Assembly (NCBI GenBank): GCA_032718475.1
Contig: JAUCBJ010005253.1
Coordinates: 1-39,751 of the forward strand
Direction: 5' to 3'
Length of the DNA stretch: 39,751 nt
Origin: Nemertoderma westbladi
Lineage: Eukaryota > Animalia > Xenacoelomorpha
This document shows positions 10,934 to 23,037 of this stretch, piece by piece. The translations under genes and the position numbers were made by a program. Numbering within the stretch: position 1 is the first letter of the stretch; each line of letters opens with the position of its first letter. The notes beneath the pieces are model-generated. The model was not told the origin of the DNA. It did no database searches and worked only from the letters and a program-made list of their open reading frames with translations.

Positions 10934-12994
10934 AAACGTTATACATATTGCCGTACCTGAAATAGGTTCATTGCTTGTAGATACTGGTAGTGACTGTTGT
11001 GTCCTACCCAGATGTAAGTCTACAGTAGGATCAAATTCAAACATAAAACTCACAGTGGCAAACGGCTCTCATATAGTAACTTATGGTATTGAATTTAAAC
11101 TTTCTTGTTTAAATACAAGTTTTAAATGGCAGTTTGTTATTGCAGACGTTGCTCAGCCAATCTTAGGCATGGATTTTCTCAGATCCAATGGTATAGCTGT
11201 TGATTGTGCAAATAATACACTGGTGTTCAACAAACATATCAATTATAAAAAATTATACAAAATGCCTATTCAAGACGCAAATATCAAAATAAACTTAATC
11301 CATTCTGAGATGTTATCTGAACATGAAAATAGCCACTTACAAATGTTACTATCCAAATATAGTAAATTGTTTGAACCTGTGGATGACTCAGTACCTGTCA
11401 ATAATCCCATCAAACATCACATAGTAACATCTGGACATCCGTGCTATTCAAGACCACGTCCTCTACATGGATCTATACTGGAAAAAGTAAAAAAAGATTA
11501 TGCAGAGTTAGAAGCGCGTGGTATAATACAACGCAGTGAATCTCCATGGGCAACACCCCTGCTTGCCACCAACAAACCAGACAACTCACTTCGTTTGTGT
11601 GGAGACTATCGCATGCTTAATAAACAAACTATAACTGATCGCTATCCCATGCCCAAAGTGACAGATGTAATAAATAAATTCTCAGGGTGCACTGTATTTT
11701 CAAAAATAGACCTCACCCAAGCATTTCATCAAATACCAGTTGCTGAAGAGGATGTGTAAAAAACTGTGATTACAACCCCATTTGGGTTATTCTTATATAA
11801 ACGCATGCCTTATGGTCTCCGAAATGCTATGCAAACTTTTCAACGCTTAGTAGATGGCACCATCAACATGGATTGTGCAGCTGCTTATGCTGATGATATT
11901 CTGGTTGGTAGTTCAGATATTATAAGTCATTTTGAACATCTTCGCCTTGTTTTTGAGCGTTTATCTCGAGCTGGATTAAAAGTGCGAATGAATAAATGTA
12001 AATTCTTCTGCGTTGAAGTTGAATTTCTTGGTGTACTAATTTCAAAAGTAGGATGTCGACCAGTACCTAGTAAAATCGAAGCTATTTGTAATTTCGAGTG
12101 ACCCACAACATTAAAAGGGTTAAAAAGATTTATAGGAATTTCAGGATTTTACCATCGATTTGTACCACACTTTTCTGACATCGCAGCACCATTAACCGAT
12201 CTAACACAACAAAATAACTCGAAAAAATCTGAATTGAAATGGAATGACAATGCAGAGAAGGCCTTTGGGAATCTAAAAAAAGCCCTTTGCGATGCTGTTA
12301 CACTAGGGTTCCCATCAGAAACATCTGCAATCGAGTTAACGACAGATGCTTCTCAACAAGCTGTTGGAGCTGTTCTTAATCAGATCGTGAACGACATTCG
12401 TGTTCCATTGACATTTTTTTCACGCAAGTTGAGTCCTTTAGAAAGGAAGAAATCCACATTTGATAGGGAGCTCTTGGCTATATATCTTGCATTGAAACAA
12501 TTCCCGTGGTTGATTGGAACTGAGTTCACTATCAGAACTGATCACAAACCATTAACACACACAATGGAAATGAAAAATCCAACACCACAACAAACACGTT
12601 GGTTGTCATTTATTCTAGAACATAATTATGAAATCAAATATATAAGGGGCGTTGAAAATATAGTAGCCGATGCCCTGTCTCTTACAGACTCATCAGATCA
12701 TGATGTCATAAGTGGTAGTTGTCCAGACATAGAAATTGCCAATAACAGTTGTTGCGTAGTAGTTGATGCAAATGAATCGCTAGCCAGAGAACAATCTGAG
12801 GACAAGGGTTTGCAAACATTCTTTGCGAATACTTCACTCCCACTCAAGAAACTGTCGATTGGAAATCAAACACTTTTTTGTGATGATTCAACGGATATCC
12901 TTCGACCATATTTACCATTAGATAGCCGTCGCAAAGTCTTTGAACAAATCCATAATTTATCCCATCCAGGACCGAAAGCAATCCTAAAGATAAT

Positions 12995-14127
12995 TGTTCG
13001 CGCTTTTAGACCTTTAGCAGTTTAACCTGCCAATTTTAGTTGTCCTTTTGTTTATAAATCGACCCTAGCATTTAACAATGAAGTTACATCAGCCGAAGCC
13101 AGTCTGTGCGCGACCTTTCACCCACAGTTAAGGGAGACTGGATTCGGATGCTTTGATAGTGATTGCGGTGTAGACCTACTGTATTATTCGATTGATCGGT
13201 ACTATATAATCTCTGACAATATATTTACTTTCGGGGAAATATTAACAGTTCCTTTAGGACGTGGGGCTTTAAGTATAAAAACAGAGTTATGACTTATACT
13301 AATCACAACTAGATGGCCACAGAGTTTCGTAAATAGCGCATTCTTTAGGAGATGCTTTATTAACCTTCACACTACTTCACACTACTTCGCACCAATCTGC
13401 CGACCGTCACTGAATTTTATCATATATAAGGAGGATTGCAACTGAGACACGTAGGGATTATGAAATAGCATTTAATTCACACAAAATCCACTATAATGTA
13501 AGTTGCAGTTGCTACCGGTAAACCTGTTCCTCTCACCTTCAGTAATCAAGAAGATTGGGGGTTTTATGATTATTTATCGATATTCTCCAAATATAACAAC
13601 AATATCCATCAACATAACAACAATTAATGACAGAAGTAAAATAATGCGGTGAACAGTCAGTATGTGTTACATAATGCAGTTATGAAATGTGTATCCAAGT
13701 AAGGTAGTTGAATTGTTAATAGTTTTACGTTCTTGTAATCAAAGCCATCTGATGTTTCTGATGTTTAGGCCAAAGTCTGAAACTTCCACACAGAAGCACA
13801 GAAGAATTCCAAGCCGGTTCTGAGGCTCAGAAAAGGTAAACAAAAGACCGTAATGCATTGCGCAGTTTTCCATAGGCCTCTGTCCAACATAAAGTGAAAA
13901 TCGCTCTGATTGGCTGAATAGGCAGAACAAAGAGGTTCCACGTCTACAGGAAATCATCTGACAGATTTCGTCATCTAAGCTCCAATCTCTTCCCATCGTT
14001 GGATAAATTTAGGGCTATCTTAGAGTATTCTGCGCATCGCGGCAAAAATGACTTGTTATGTCCTAAAAGCACCTACACTGCGCATTGCGGGAAAAAATGA
14101 CTTGTTATGTCCGCAAAAGATTTTACA
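12995..14127. mobile_element. Solo LTR (1133 bp, BEL/Pao- or Gypsy-type) with 5-bp TSD
   Basis: TGT...ACA termini flanked by ATAAT (12990-12994 and 14128-14132). Removing it restores the in-frame integrase sequence ILKIIAKRYIWP. Confidence 0.85.
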
Positions 14128-15025
14128 ATAATAGCAAAAAGATACATTTGGCCAGGAATCAACAAAGAGGTCAAAACATGGTCAAAAGAGTGTAAGGATT
14201 GCCAATCCTCAAAAATAACGAGGCATACAAAGACTCCTATTAAAACGATTCCAACAACAACCAGATTTCATACCTTACATATTGATATTGTCCCTAGAAT
14301 TTGATCAGTGATCAGGGTGGCCAATTCGAATCACACATTTGGGGCTATTTAATGAAGAGGCTTGGAAAAGAAGAACAACATCGTATCATCCCGCATGCAA
14401 TAATGGAGCGATAGAAAGATTCCATCGACAATTAAAGAACCCAATCCGGGCTTCTTGTAAGTCTTCAAGTTGGTATTATTCGTTACCTCTGATCCTATTG
14501 GGTATCAGAACTACCATCGGCGAATGTGGTCATTCTCCCTCACAGTTAACGTATGGCTGTGAAACCAATCTACCTTGTGATTATTTTATAGATATTTCCC
14601 CAGAGTATGACCTACCAAACAACTCATTTGTGGAAAAGCTATTTTGAAATATGAGGAAAATATATCCACCTGAAAGAAATAATAAACTTGATAACTACAT
14701 TCCTAAGAAATTTGCTACGGCTACACATATTTGGTTGCGGCAAGAGGTTTGCAAATCATCACTTCAGATACCATATCATGGACCATATAAAGTTCTAACT
14801 CGCAATGATAAAACTCTGGAGATTGAGCTCAATGGCTATCAATGTCGAGTTTCCCTTGATCGAGTAAAACCTGCATTCTTACCATCAGCTTCAATTTCAC
14901 AAGTAAAGAGGAAGAAACGCGTTACATTCTTAATAATTCCTCGTATACATTACTATACATAATATAAAACATAACTCATTTACGTCAATAAATCACAGGT
15001 CTCCGCCTAAGATTAGGGGGAGTAA

Positions 15026-15122
15026 TGTAACGTTCTAATAAACTCTTGTGTAATAATTATTATTGTTAAATGTGCATTTTATTAGCCTGTATCAAAGGAT
15101 ATAATACATAGGAGTAATATAG
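15026..15122 (+). repeat. Truncated 3' LTR of Gypsy 1, preceded by PPT
   Basis: AGGGGGAG at 15015-15022, then TGTAACG. Homology stops abruptly after 97 bp. Confidence 0.88.
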
Positions 15123-16975
15123 AACTTGAATTGGAGAACATCCCAGCTGATCAAGCCGATCAAGAAACTCATTATTCATCCTTTGAGATTATGGAGGATA
15201 ATGTCCAGAAACTAGAAGCGAAAATTCGACGCATCCGACGGACAAAACCAGCGATCTGTAGAACAGCCGTACCCTTCTGCGGCCACAAATCAAACGCAGG
15301 TGGATTAATATGGCCTTAAAACCTGCAGAGCTTCAGTCCGATACGAGCCTTTCGGATTTTATTGTTTGGCGTACATGCTTCGAAGATTATTTTTCATCGA
15401 ACAACATGTCTAGGTTTAGTCAACGTGAGCAGCGAGCGTATCTCCGCGGTTGCTGAAGCTCAAAGGTAGTTCAAACATTGGAGCTACTTCTTGACGTTGG
15501 TCCTGCAGTTCCGGTAGACGAAGTACTAGACACTATTCAGAAATATTTGGCAGAAACTCTGTCCGTCATGACACGCCGTTTCAATTTCCACAAATGCGCA
15601 CAGAAATATGGTGAACGGTTTTCTGATTTCTTTGTTCGCCTAAAGTTACTGGGAGGGAATGCGGAACTCGAAAACATCACATACGATGACCAACTAGCTG
15701 CAAGAATTGTTCTTGTTGTGGAAGACAGTGAACTGCAACGTGAACTGGTAAGGTTGTCAAGTCAAAGTTTATCTGATATTAAAGCAAAACGTCATGCATG
15801 GGAGACAGCTGCAGCAAACCAAAAAGCCTTAGGAAATAATAATGAGAACGACCAAGGTTGGTGTAATAAATTATATAGTATGAGTAATGCTAGTAACTAT
15901 AGTGACGAAACTGGTTCTTATTATTCAGCTAGAATGTCTTCATACAGACGCAATATGCAGCAAAACCAATATGAAAGAACCTGTTCACAATCACGTGATC
16001 GATTACAAGTTCCCAGAACTACACCAAATAGAAAATGTTTTTTTTGTGGTCTTAATGCGCATGCAAGGTCGTTCTGTCCGGCTAAAGGTAAGCAATGTGT
16101 TTATTGTGGACTCATTGGACATTTCAAGTCTGTATGTCTAATAAAAAAAAGGGATGACAATGACCCTGACATTGATAACTCTTCCATGGATTCTAAATCA
16201 AATATAAAAAATAACTATATTTGTGTTAGTCATGCATCTACACATTATGGTAGATCTACTCCTCTATGCGAAGTGACAGTCCGGACCCCCAAAACCCAGT
16301 CCTTTACTATTGAAGCTCTCCCTGATACAGGTGCTTCCGAGTGTATTATCCCAGCTTCTGTTGCTGATATTTTAATATTAAAATAGACAATAGGCATAAA
16401 AGGCGCATTTTTGCAGCTAATGAATCTGAACTTGCATGTTATGGTGCTTCCATTATTCATGTTAAGTGGCTTCACCATGTGGCCGAAATTACAGGTTATG
16501 TTCACCTGATGTGGATAACCTCCTCTTAGCATGGCATAATCTCATTGATTTAGGTATTATCTCACCGACTTTCCCATATTCAGACAGTCATGCTTGAAAA
16601 TATGGCTTCAAGCGACCAGAAACTAAATATGCAATGACTATTCAAAAGTCATTAGGCCATCAATGATGTATCTAAAAAGGTTAAATTTGCAAGCCAGATA
16701 ACAACTATTTGTAACACTGATGTTGAGAATGAACAAAAACTCTCTATTTCTGCTCAAAAACTCCCAGTTGATTCTACTAGAATGCTTACTAGAAATGAAC
16801 TTGATTTATTTAAGTTGAAATTCAAACAAAAGTACATAACTGTTTTCGATTCAACAACAAGTTTCAAAGCTATGAAGGGGCCTGCCATACATATCTATTT
16901 AACAGATATTGGTAATACAAAGCCAATTCAGTGCATAACAGCATGCCAAATCCCTCTTGCTTACGGGGAATCAGC
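15123..16975 (+). pseudogene. Gypsy 2 fragment (Mag-like gag with twin CCHC knuckles, protease, RT start), no LTRs
   Basis: Q..GE.FSDF..RLK, CFFCGLNAHARSFCPAKGKQCVYCGLIGHFKSVC, LPDTGA. Truncated at both ends. Confidence 0.85.
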
Positions 16976-17911
16976 AAAGACTTATCAAAGGCATTTGACA
17001 TGGTAGAATGGGTATCATTATTTCTGGAACTCATTAAGAAGGGCTTCTGTCCATTGTTTATTAGAGTTTTATTGTGGATGTATAAAGAGCAGTAGTCGTG
17101 CAGTGTAAAATGGAATTCGGTATCGTCCACATCGTTCACGGTTTCGAATGGCGTACGCCAAGGTTCGGTTATCTCGCCTTTTTTATTCTGTGTAGTAATA
17201 AACACAATAATATATCGTTTACGTAAATCGCAAGTGGGCTGTCATATTGGTACACATTATTTTGGGATTCTGGTATATGCAGATGATATATTATTATTAT
17301 GCCCATCTATAGTAGGGTTGCAGTACATGTTTTCGATTTGTGAAAGTTTTTGTAAAGATTTTAATATGTCTATCAGTTCGAATCCTGACTCGGTAAAAAG
17401 TAAATCCAAATGTATTCCCTTTTCTTCTAAATGGGACAAGCCAGATATTAATGTTACTGTAAATGGTGCTGTGATTCCTTGGGTAAAACCGTCGGTACAC
17501 TTAGGTAATACGTTAAATTTTAATTATAATTATAGCAGTGATTTACAGGTAAAACGTGGAAAATTTATTGGCAAATTAAATTGTTTACGACAGGAATTTG
17601 GTTTCACAAACCCTGATAATCTTTGTGCCCTACAACGTATCTATGCAACCTATCGTAGCCCCTTGTGGGACTTTTGGTCTGACGCCTGTCAATGGTTACT
17701 AAGATCTTGGAACATTAATGTTAGGTTAGTTTGGGGCTTACCGTATAACACTCATCGTTCTATGGTTGAAGGGCTAGTTAATTACCCTTACCCGTGGTCT
17801 ATGTTATGTAGTAGTTTTGTGCAATTGGCCAGCAGTGTGTTGTGTTCTCGTAAACCTTCATTACGTTGCCTTGGTTACTTGTCCTTTTTCGATTGCCGTA
17901 CTGTTAGTGGT
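16976..17911 (+). pseudogene. Non-LTR retrotransposon (LINE B, clade unresolved) RT region, left part
   Basis: DLSKAFDMV, GVRQGSVISPFLF, YADD, HLG. Ends at the GTGGT target site. Confidence 0.85.
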
Positions 17912-18069
17912 TAAAATGTATCTTTCTTTCTATCTTTCTTAGTTCAATAGTATAATAAAGAAGGCTCCAGCCCATCACCTATATTTTAGTCCGTCAAGAC
18001 CTATGTATGTACAGTGTCTTACTCAGTATCTATAGTTCTGCAGTTCTGTAATTCAGTCCCAACATTACA
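17912..18069 (-). repeat. 3' LTR of Gypsy 3 (158 bp)
   Basis: 17941-18069 is identical to 24711-24839 (129 bp); the copies differ only in a pyrimidine tract. Confidence 0.92.
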
Positions 18070-18168
18070 TCACTCTTCTCGTTTAAACAAAGGATTATTC
18101 TAATAATAAATCCGTTATATCAGTCTTTATTATTTCTTCCTCTTCCGTGACCCTACGATAATATTCCT

Positions 18169-21100
18169 CTAGTCAATATCACACCAGCCTTTTCCTTGGG
18201 ATTGAGAAGGCTGTTGTATTTGGCCTGGCACTGGGGGTGTATGACACACATCCTGTCCCAATTCGTCTCGTAAGGGTTGGTTTTCTAATCCATTATTAAT
18301 ATCTTCATGCATACTATCACACTCATCACTGTCAATATTATCATCATCAATATTATCATCCCCCTTATCTCTCTCATTTGTGTCCGGTATGGGTAACACT
18401 TTACTTGTGTTTCTCATCTTTACCTCGTTTCCTCTTCTCAGAATCAGCGCTGTTCCCTTTTTCTCTTGAACTTGGAAAGGATTTGGGTCAAATCTAGTTG
18501 TGAACTTATTTTGCTTGTGCTGTTGTATTAAAACCATATTGCCTGGATGAATCTTTTTCTCTTTATTCTTCCTGTCTGCATATATCTTCACTTTTTCCTT
18601 CATCATTGTATCCCTCTGTATTGCTTCTTGAAACATTGTCAATTATAATTCATTTCCCACAATACAAGGCAGTTTTGTTTTTGGAACCCTTCCCAATAAT
18701 TCTGATGGGGTATTCCCAGTACTTGTATGGGGTATATTTCTATGTACCATTAGAAATTTCCTTATAGCTTGTTTCCAGTCTTTACCCTCTGTTCTAGCAG
18801 CACGGATCGATTTCATTAAAGGGCGCCATAGTCGTTCAATTTCCCCATTGGTTTGTGGGTGATATGGTGCAGTTTTTTGATGCATTATACCCCATTCTTT
18901 GCAAAATCGCTTGAATTGTTTCGAACAAAACTGTGGCCCATTATCTGATATTAATACATCTGGAACCCCATGACTGGCTATACAAGTTTCCAAACATTCT
19001 ATTACCTTTTCTGTGACTGTAGTTTTTTATGTGAATAATTCAGGCCATCTCGATGATGCATCAATTATTCCAATTATGTATTCCCCTGAAGGCAACGGTC
19101 CACATAAATCGATGTGTTGTCTCTCCCATGGTCTCCCCATTTCACTCATTATCAGTGGTTCATGCCCCTGGGTGTCCCGTTGTGCTTGGCACGGAATACA
19201 GTTTCTGACCAAGACTTCCACTGCAGCATCAATACCTGGCCACCATACCTTTGTTCTAAGTAATGCTTTGGTCCGTACAATTCCTGGATGGGTCTCATGA
19301 GCAATTTTTTATATGCTACGATGCAGTTCCTTTGGTATGACAATCCTGTTTCCCCTCATCAAGATACCTCTTTTGAAGCATAGTTCATCTTTCACACGAT
19401 AGAATGGATGGCTAGCATCGCAGAGTCCTGATTCCATCATCTTACCGACTTCAGTTATTTCAGTGTCTTTCAGAGACATTTCAATTATTTCACTGAGGGA
19501 GATCACTCGTGGAACGGCATTTGCTATTATACTATTTATATATGTTTCTGCCATGATCTGCTCCTTACTTAAGGTTATTTAGCCATGTAGCTTTCTGGAA
19601 AGTATATCTGCTGGATTTTCGGCCCCTTTGATAAACTTTAGTTGAACGAATATTGTTGTAACAATAATGCCCAGCGCTGAACTCTTGGGGATGGCTTTCC
19701 AGTTGGGGAAAATATGTATTTTAATGGTTTGTGGTCAGACCAAATATTGAAAGTTGTACCATATAGATACAAATGAAACTTTCCACAGGCCCATGTTACT
19801 GCCAATGCTTCCCTTTCCAACTGGCTATATCGCTGGTCTACATTTGTGAGGCATTTTGATGCATAGGATATTGGCAGAAATTTATTATTGCATTCTTGCA
19901 TTAGGATAGCGCCGACTCCTACAGGACTAGCATCTACTATTAAATGGGTATCTTTATTGATATCATAATGCCCCATGACATCAATAGATGTGACTCTCTG
20001 CTTCAGTTTTTCAAATGCACACTTCTCCTGTGCCTCCCATTTCCATTTTGAATTCTTTCGAGTTAAAGCTTGGATTGGTTCCGAGATGGTGGCGAGATCT
20101 TGTATATACTGGCCCATATAATTGACGAGTCCCATGAAGCTTCTCACTTCAGCCACATTATTTGGTTCTACAAAGGAAGTGACTGCTTCTATATGTGACT
20201 CAAGTGGCTGTACCCCATTTTTAGAGATCCTCAACCCAAAGAACTCTACTTCAGTTACACCGAATATACACTTTTCTGGCTTCAAAGTTAGGTTAAACTT
20301 TTGCAACGTCTTCAGTACTTCGTCGAGTGTGTTATCATGGGTTTTTTTGTCTTTACCCCATATTAGTATATCATTCTGGAGATTATTGCAATTTTGTATT
20401 CCGGCCAATATTTTTGATAATATTCTTTGGCCATCCTCAGATGCTGATGCAATCCCCTTTACCAGGACCCTATAGCGATAGATCCCATCCGACGTTGAGA
20501 ATGTGGTAATCTCACGAGAATCTGGGTGTAAAGGAATTTGATGGAAATAAGATCTTAGATCTAGTTTGGAGAATATGCAAGAACCAATCACTCTTTCTAT
20601 CAATTCTTCACGTGTTGGAATTGGAAATCGACTTATTGTTATTGCCCTATTCACCTGGCGTAAATCGACACACAGTCGTATATCGCCATCTGGTTTTGGT
20701 TCAACAACTATTGGAGAAACCCACGGGGTTGGCCCATATACTGGTTCAATCATGTCCTGTCTAAGCATTTCTTTGATTTTTTCTTGCACTAGTTTCTTTG
20801 TGTGGAAAGGCACACGTCTAACTGGCTGGGCCACAGGTTCAACATCATGGTTAATATTGAGTTTTAATTCTGTACCTCTTAGTCTTCCTATCCCATCAAA
20901 AACGTCAGGATATTGTTCTATTGGAGACATTATTCCATTTATATTCATTATGTTATCTTCTTGCAATTTTATCAATCCCAATTGTTTGGAAGAATGTTTG
21001 CTAGCTAAGAATGTTTCCTGTAGTTTCATGTTCTGTGACTAAGATTCGTGCTGGAGTTCGGTTTTTGCCATATGAGATTACACCGAAAAACTCTCCCTAC

Positions 21101-22173
21101 AGAGGAATAGGTTCAATTTGTCCATAAGCCTTTGGTTTTGCAGTGGTTTTTGTCATTGTAATTTTTCGATTTGCATTCAGTATTTCTTTGTATGTCTTAC
21201 CATCTACCATATTTACATCCGATCCTGAATCAGCAAGCATACCCACTGAATATCCATCAATTTCAATAAGAGTTTCTCTGATGTTCTTAGAAATCTTAAA
21301 AATATATGTGTCATCATCACTGTCTGAGTCTACTTCTAGCTGTTGTATTTTGGTTTCTACAGTATGTAGCTGCCCATCGTCATCATCAGAAACCATATCC
21401 TCCAATATTGCTTTTGTTCTTTGCTGAGGACCAGTTGATCGACACATGTTAGCAAAATGGTTAACACATTGGCAATAATTACATTTTTTTCCAAGAGCTG
21501 GGCATGATTTATCACCATGTAGATGACCTGAACTTCCACACCCATAGCATTGAATATTTCTCTTGTTTTGCCAAGTTGACTGATATTTTTCTGGCCGTGT
21601 CTTATATTTTTAAATCTTGTTGACTTCTGTTGTATTGCCGGAGCCCTCAATTTCTGCAGCATGAGCATTTGCTGATTCAACAGCATATGCAGTCCTTAGA
21701 ATAGATTCCAACGTGATTTTTTGTTCCTTTAAGAAAGTTTTTCTTAATTTCTTGTTGCTACACTTGTCTATAATTTGATCTATAATTGCCTTTTCGAGAC
21801 TATATTCTTCGAATTTGCAGTGCAATGCGGCTGTTTTAAGCCGAGTAACAAAACTCAGCATTGATTCCTCATCTTCTTGAATAAAACATCTAAATTTATG
21901 TCTCTCAAAACACTCATTTCGTTTAGCTTCAAAATGTGAATCTAATTCCGATTTAGCCTGTTGATAACTTTCTATCTTTGGTAGAGTTTTTAATACATCT
22001 CTTATGCGCTTCCCTCCTATATATTTCAGCAATGCGAGTTTATCGGCTTCCTCTGTGCGCTGCGCTGCTATAAAGAACAGTTCAATATTTTCACTCCATT
22101 CTTCCCAAATTGCAGCCGGATCTCCACCGGAATCTAAATCTATCTCCGCTGGTGGTTGAATATTTGTAGCCAT
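18169..22173 (-). pseudogene. Gypsy 3 gag-pol, frameshifted
   Basis: gag with Q..EES...FVTRLK and two CCHC knuckles; protease ADSGS; RT IRLCVDLR, FSKLDL and a degenerate active site LQND; RNase H VDAS, EREALA; integrase HETHPG, CIPC, HIDL, SDNG, NGEIER. Confidence 0.92.
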
Positions 22174-22190
22174 GTTCTTTGGTTTAGACT

Positions 22191-23020
22191 ACACGGTTTA
22201 AACTCGCATCGTCAGGTTGTTGGGCCTCGGTGGGTAGCTAACGACGGTTTAAACTCGCGTTGTTAGGTCGTTGGACCTCGGCGGATAGTTAACGACGGTT
22301 TAAACTCGCGTTGTTAGGTCGTTGGACCTCGGCGGATAGTTAACGACGGTTTAAACTCGCGTTGTTAGGTCGTTGGACCGTGGCGGATAGTTAACGACGG
22401 TTTAAACTCGCGTTGTTAGGTCGTTGGACCTCGGCGGATAGTTAACGACGGTTTAAACTCGCATTGATAGGTCGTTGGACCTCGGCGGATAGTTAACGAC
22501 GGTTTAAACTCGCATTGATAGGTCGTTGGACCTCGGCGGATAGTTAACGACTGTTTTAAACTTGCGTTGTTAGGTCGTTGGACCGTGGCGGATAGTTAAC
22601 GACGGTTTAAACTCGCGTTGTTAGGTCGTTGGACCTCGGCGGATAGTTAACGACGGTTTAAACTCGCGTTGTTAGGTCGTTGGACCTCGGCGGATAGTTA
22701 ACGACGGTTTAAACTCGCATTGATAGGTTGTTGGACCTCGGCGGATAGTTAACGACTGTTTTAAACTCGCGTTGTTAGGTCGTTGGACCATGGCGGATAG
22801 TTAACGACGGTTTAAACTCGCGTTGTTAGGTCGTTGGACCTTGGCGGATAGTTGAGAGCAGTTTTAAACTCGCCTCGTCAGGTTGTTGGACCTCGGCGGA
22901 TAGTTATAACGACGGTTTAAAGTCGCGTTGTTAGGTTGTTGGACATCGGCGGATAGTTAACGACGGTTTAAACTCGCATTGATAGGTCGTTGGACCTTGG
23001 CGGATGGTTAACGATGGTTT
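22191..23020. repeat. 51-bp tandem array (~16 copies) in the Gypsy 3 5' leader
   Basis: Unit AACGACGGTTTAAACTCGCGTTGTTAGGTCGTTGGACCTCGGCGGATAGTT, head-to-tail with no spacers. Confidence 0.95.
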
Positions 23021-23037
23021 TCGTGGGCCTTAATTAA

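Larger units (their letters stand above)
10860..14962 (+). pseudogene. pol: Gypsy 1 pol (PR-RT-RNaseH-IN), disrupted
   Basis: LVDTGS; LRLCGDYR, FSKIDL, YADD; TDAS, DRELLA, TDHKPL; H-H-C-C; GPY-like PYHGPY. Stops at 11757 and 12099, an insertion at 12995-14127 and a deletion in the integrase core near 14295. Confidence 0.9.
9584..15122 (+). mobile_element. Gypsy LTR retrotransposon 1 (3' LTR truncated, solo LTR inside integrase)
   Basis: LTR-PBS-gag-PR-RT-RH-IN-PPT-LTR order. Confidence 0.93.

Noticed and set aside
11885-11896. YADD in a Gypsy RT as evidence of a LINE/LTR chimera
   Set aside because: One substitution from YVDD; all surrounding motifs are Gypsy-type.
20122-21427. Plus-strand ORFs antisense to Gypsy 3 pol
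   Set aside because: Shadow frames of the coding strand with no motifs.
22191-23020. CRISPR array or coding repeat (51 bp = 17 codons)
   Set aside because: No unique spacers, no cas genes, eukaryotic context, and stops in all six frames of the consensus unit.
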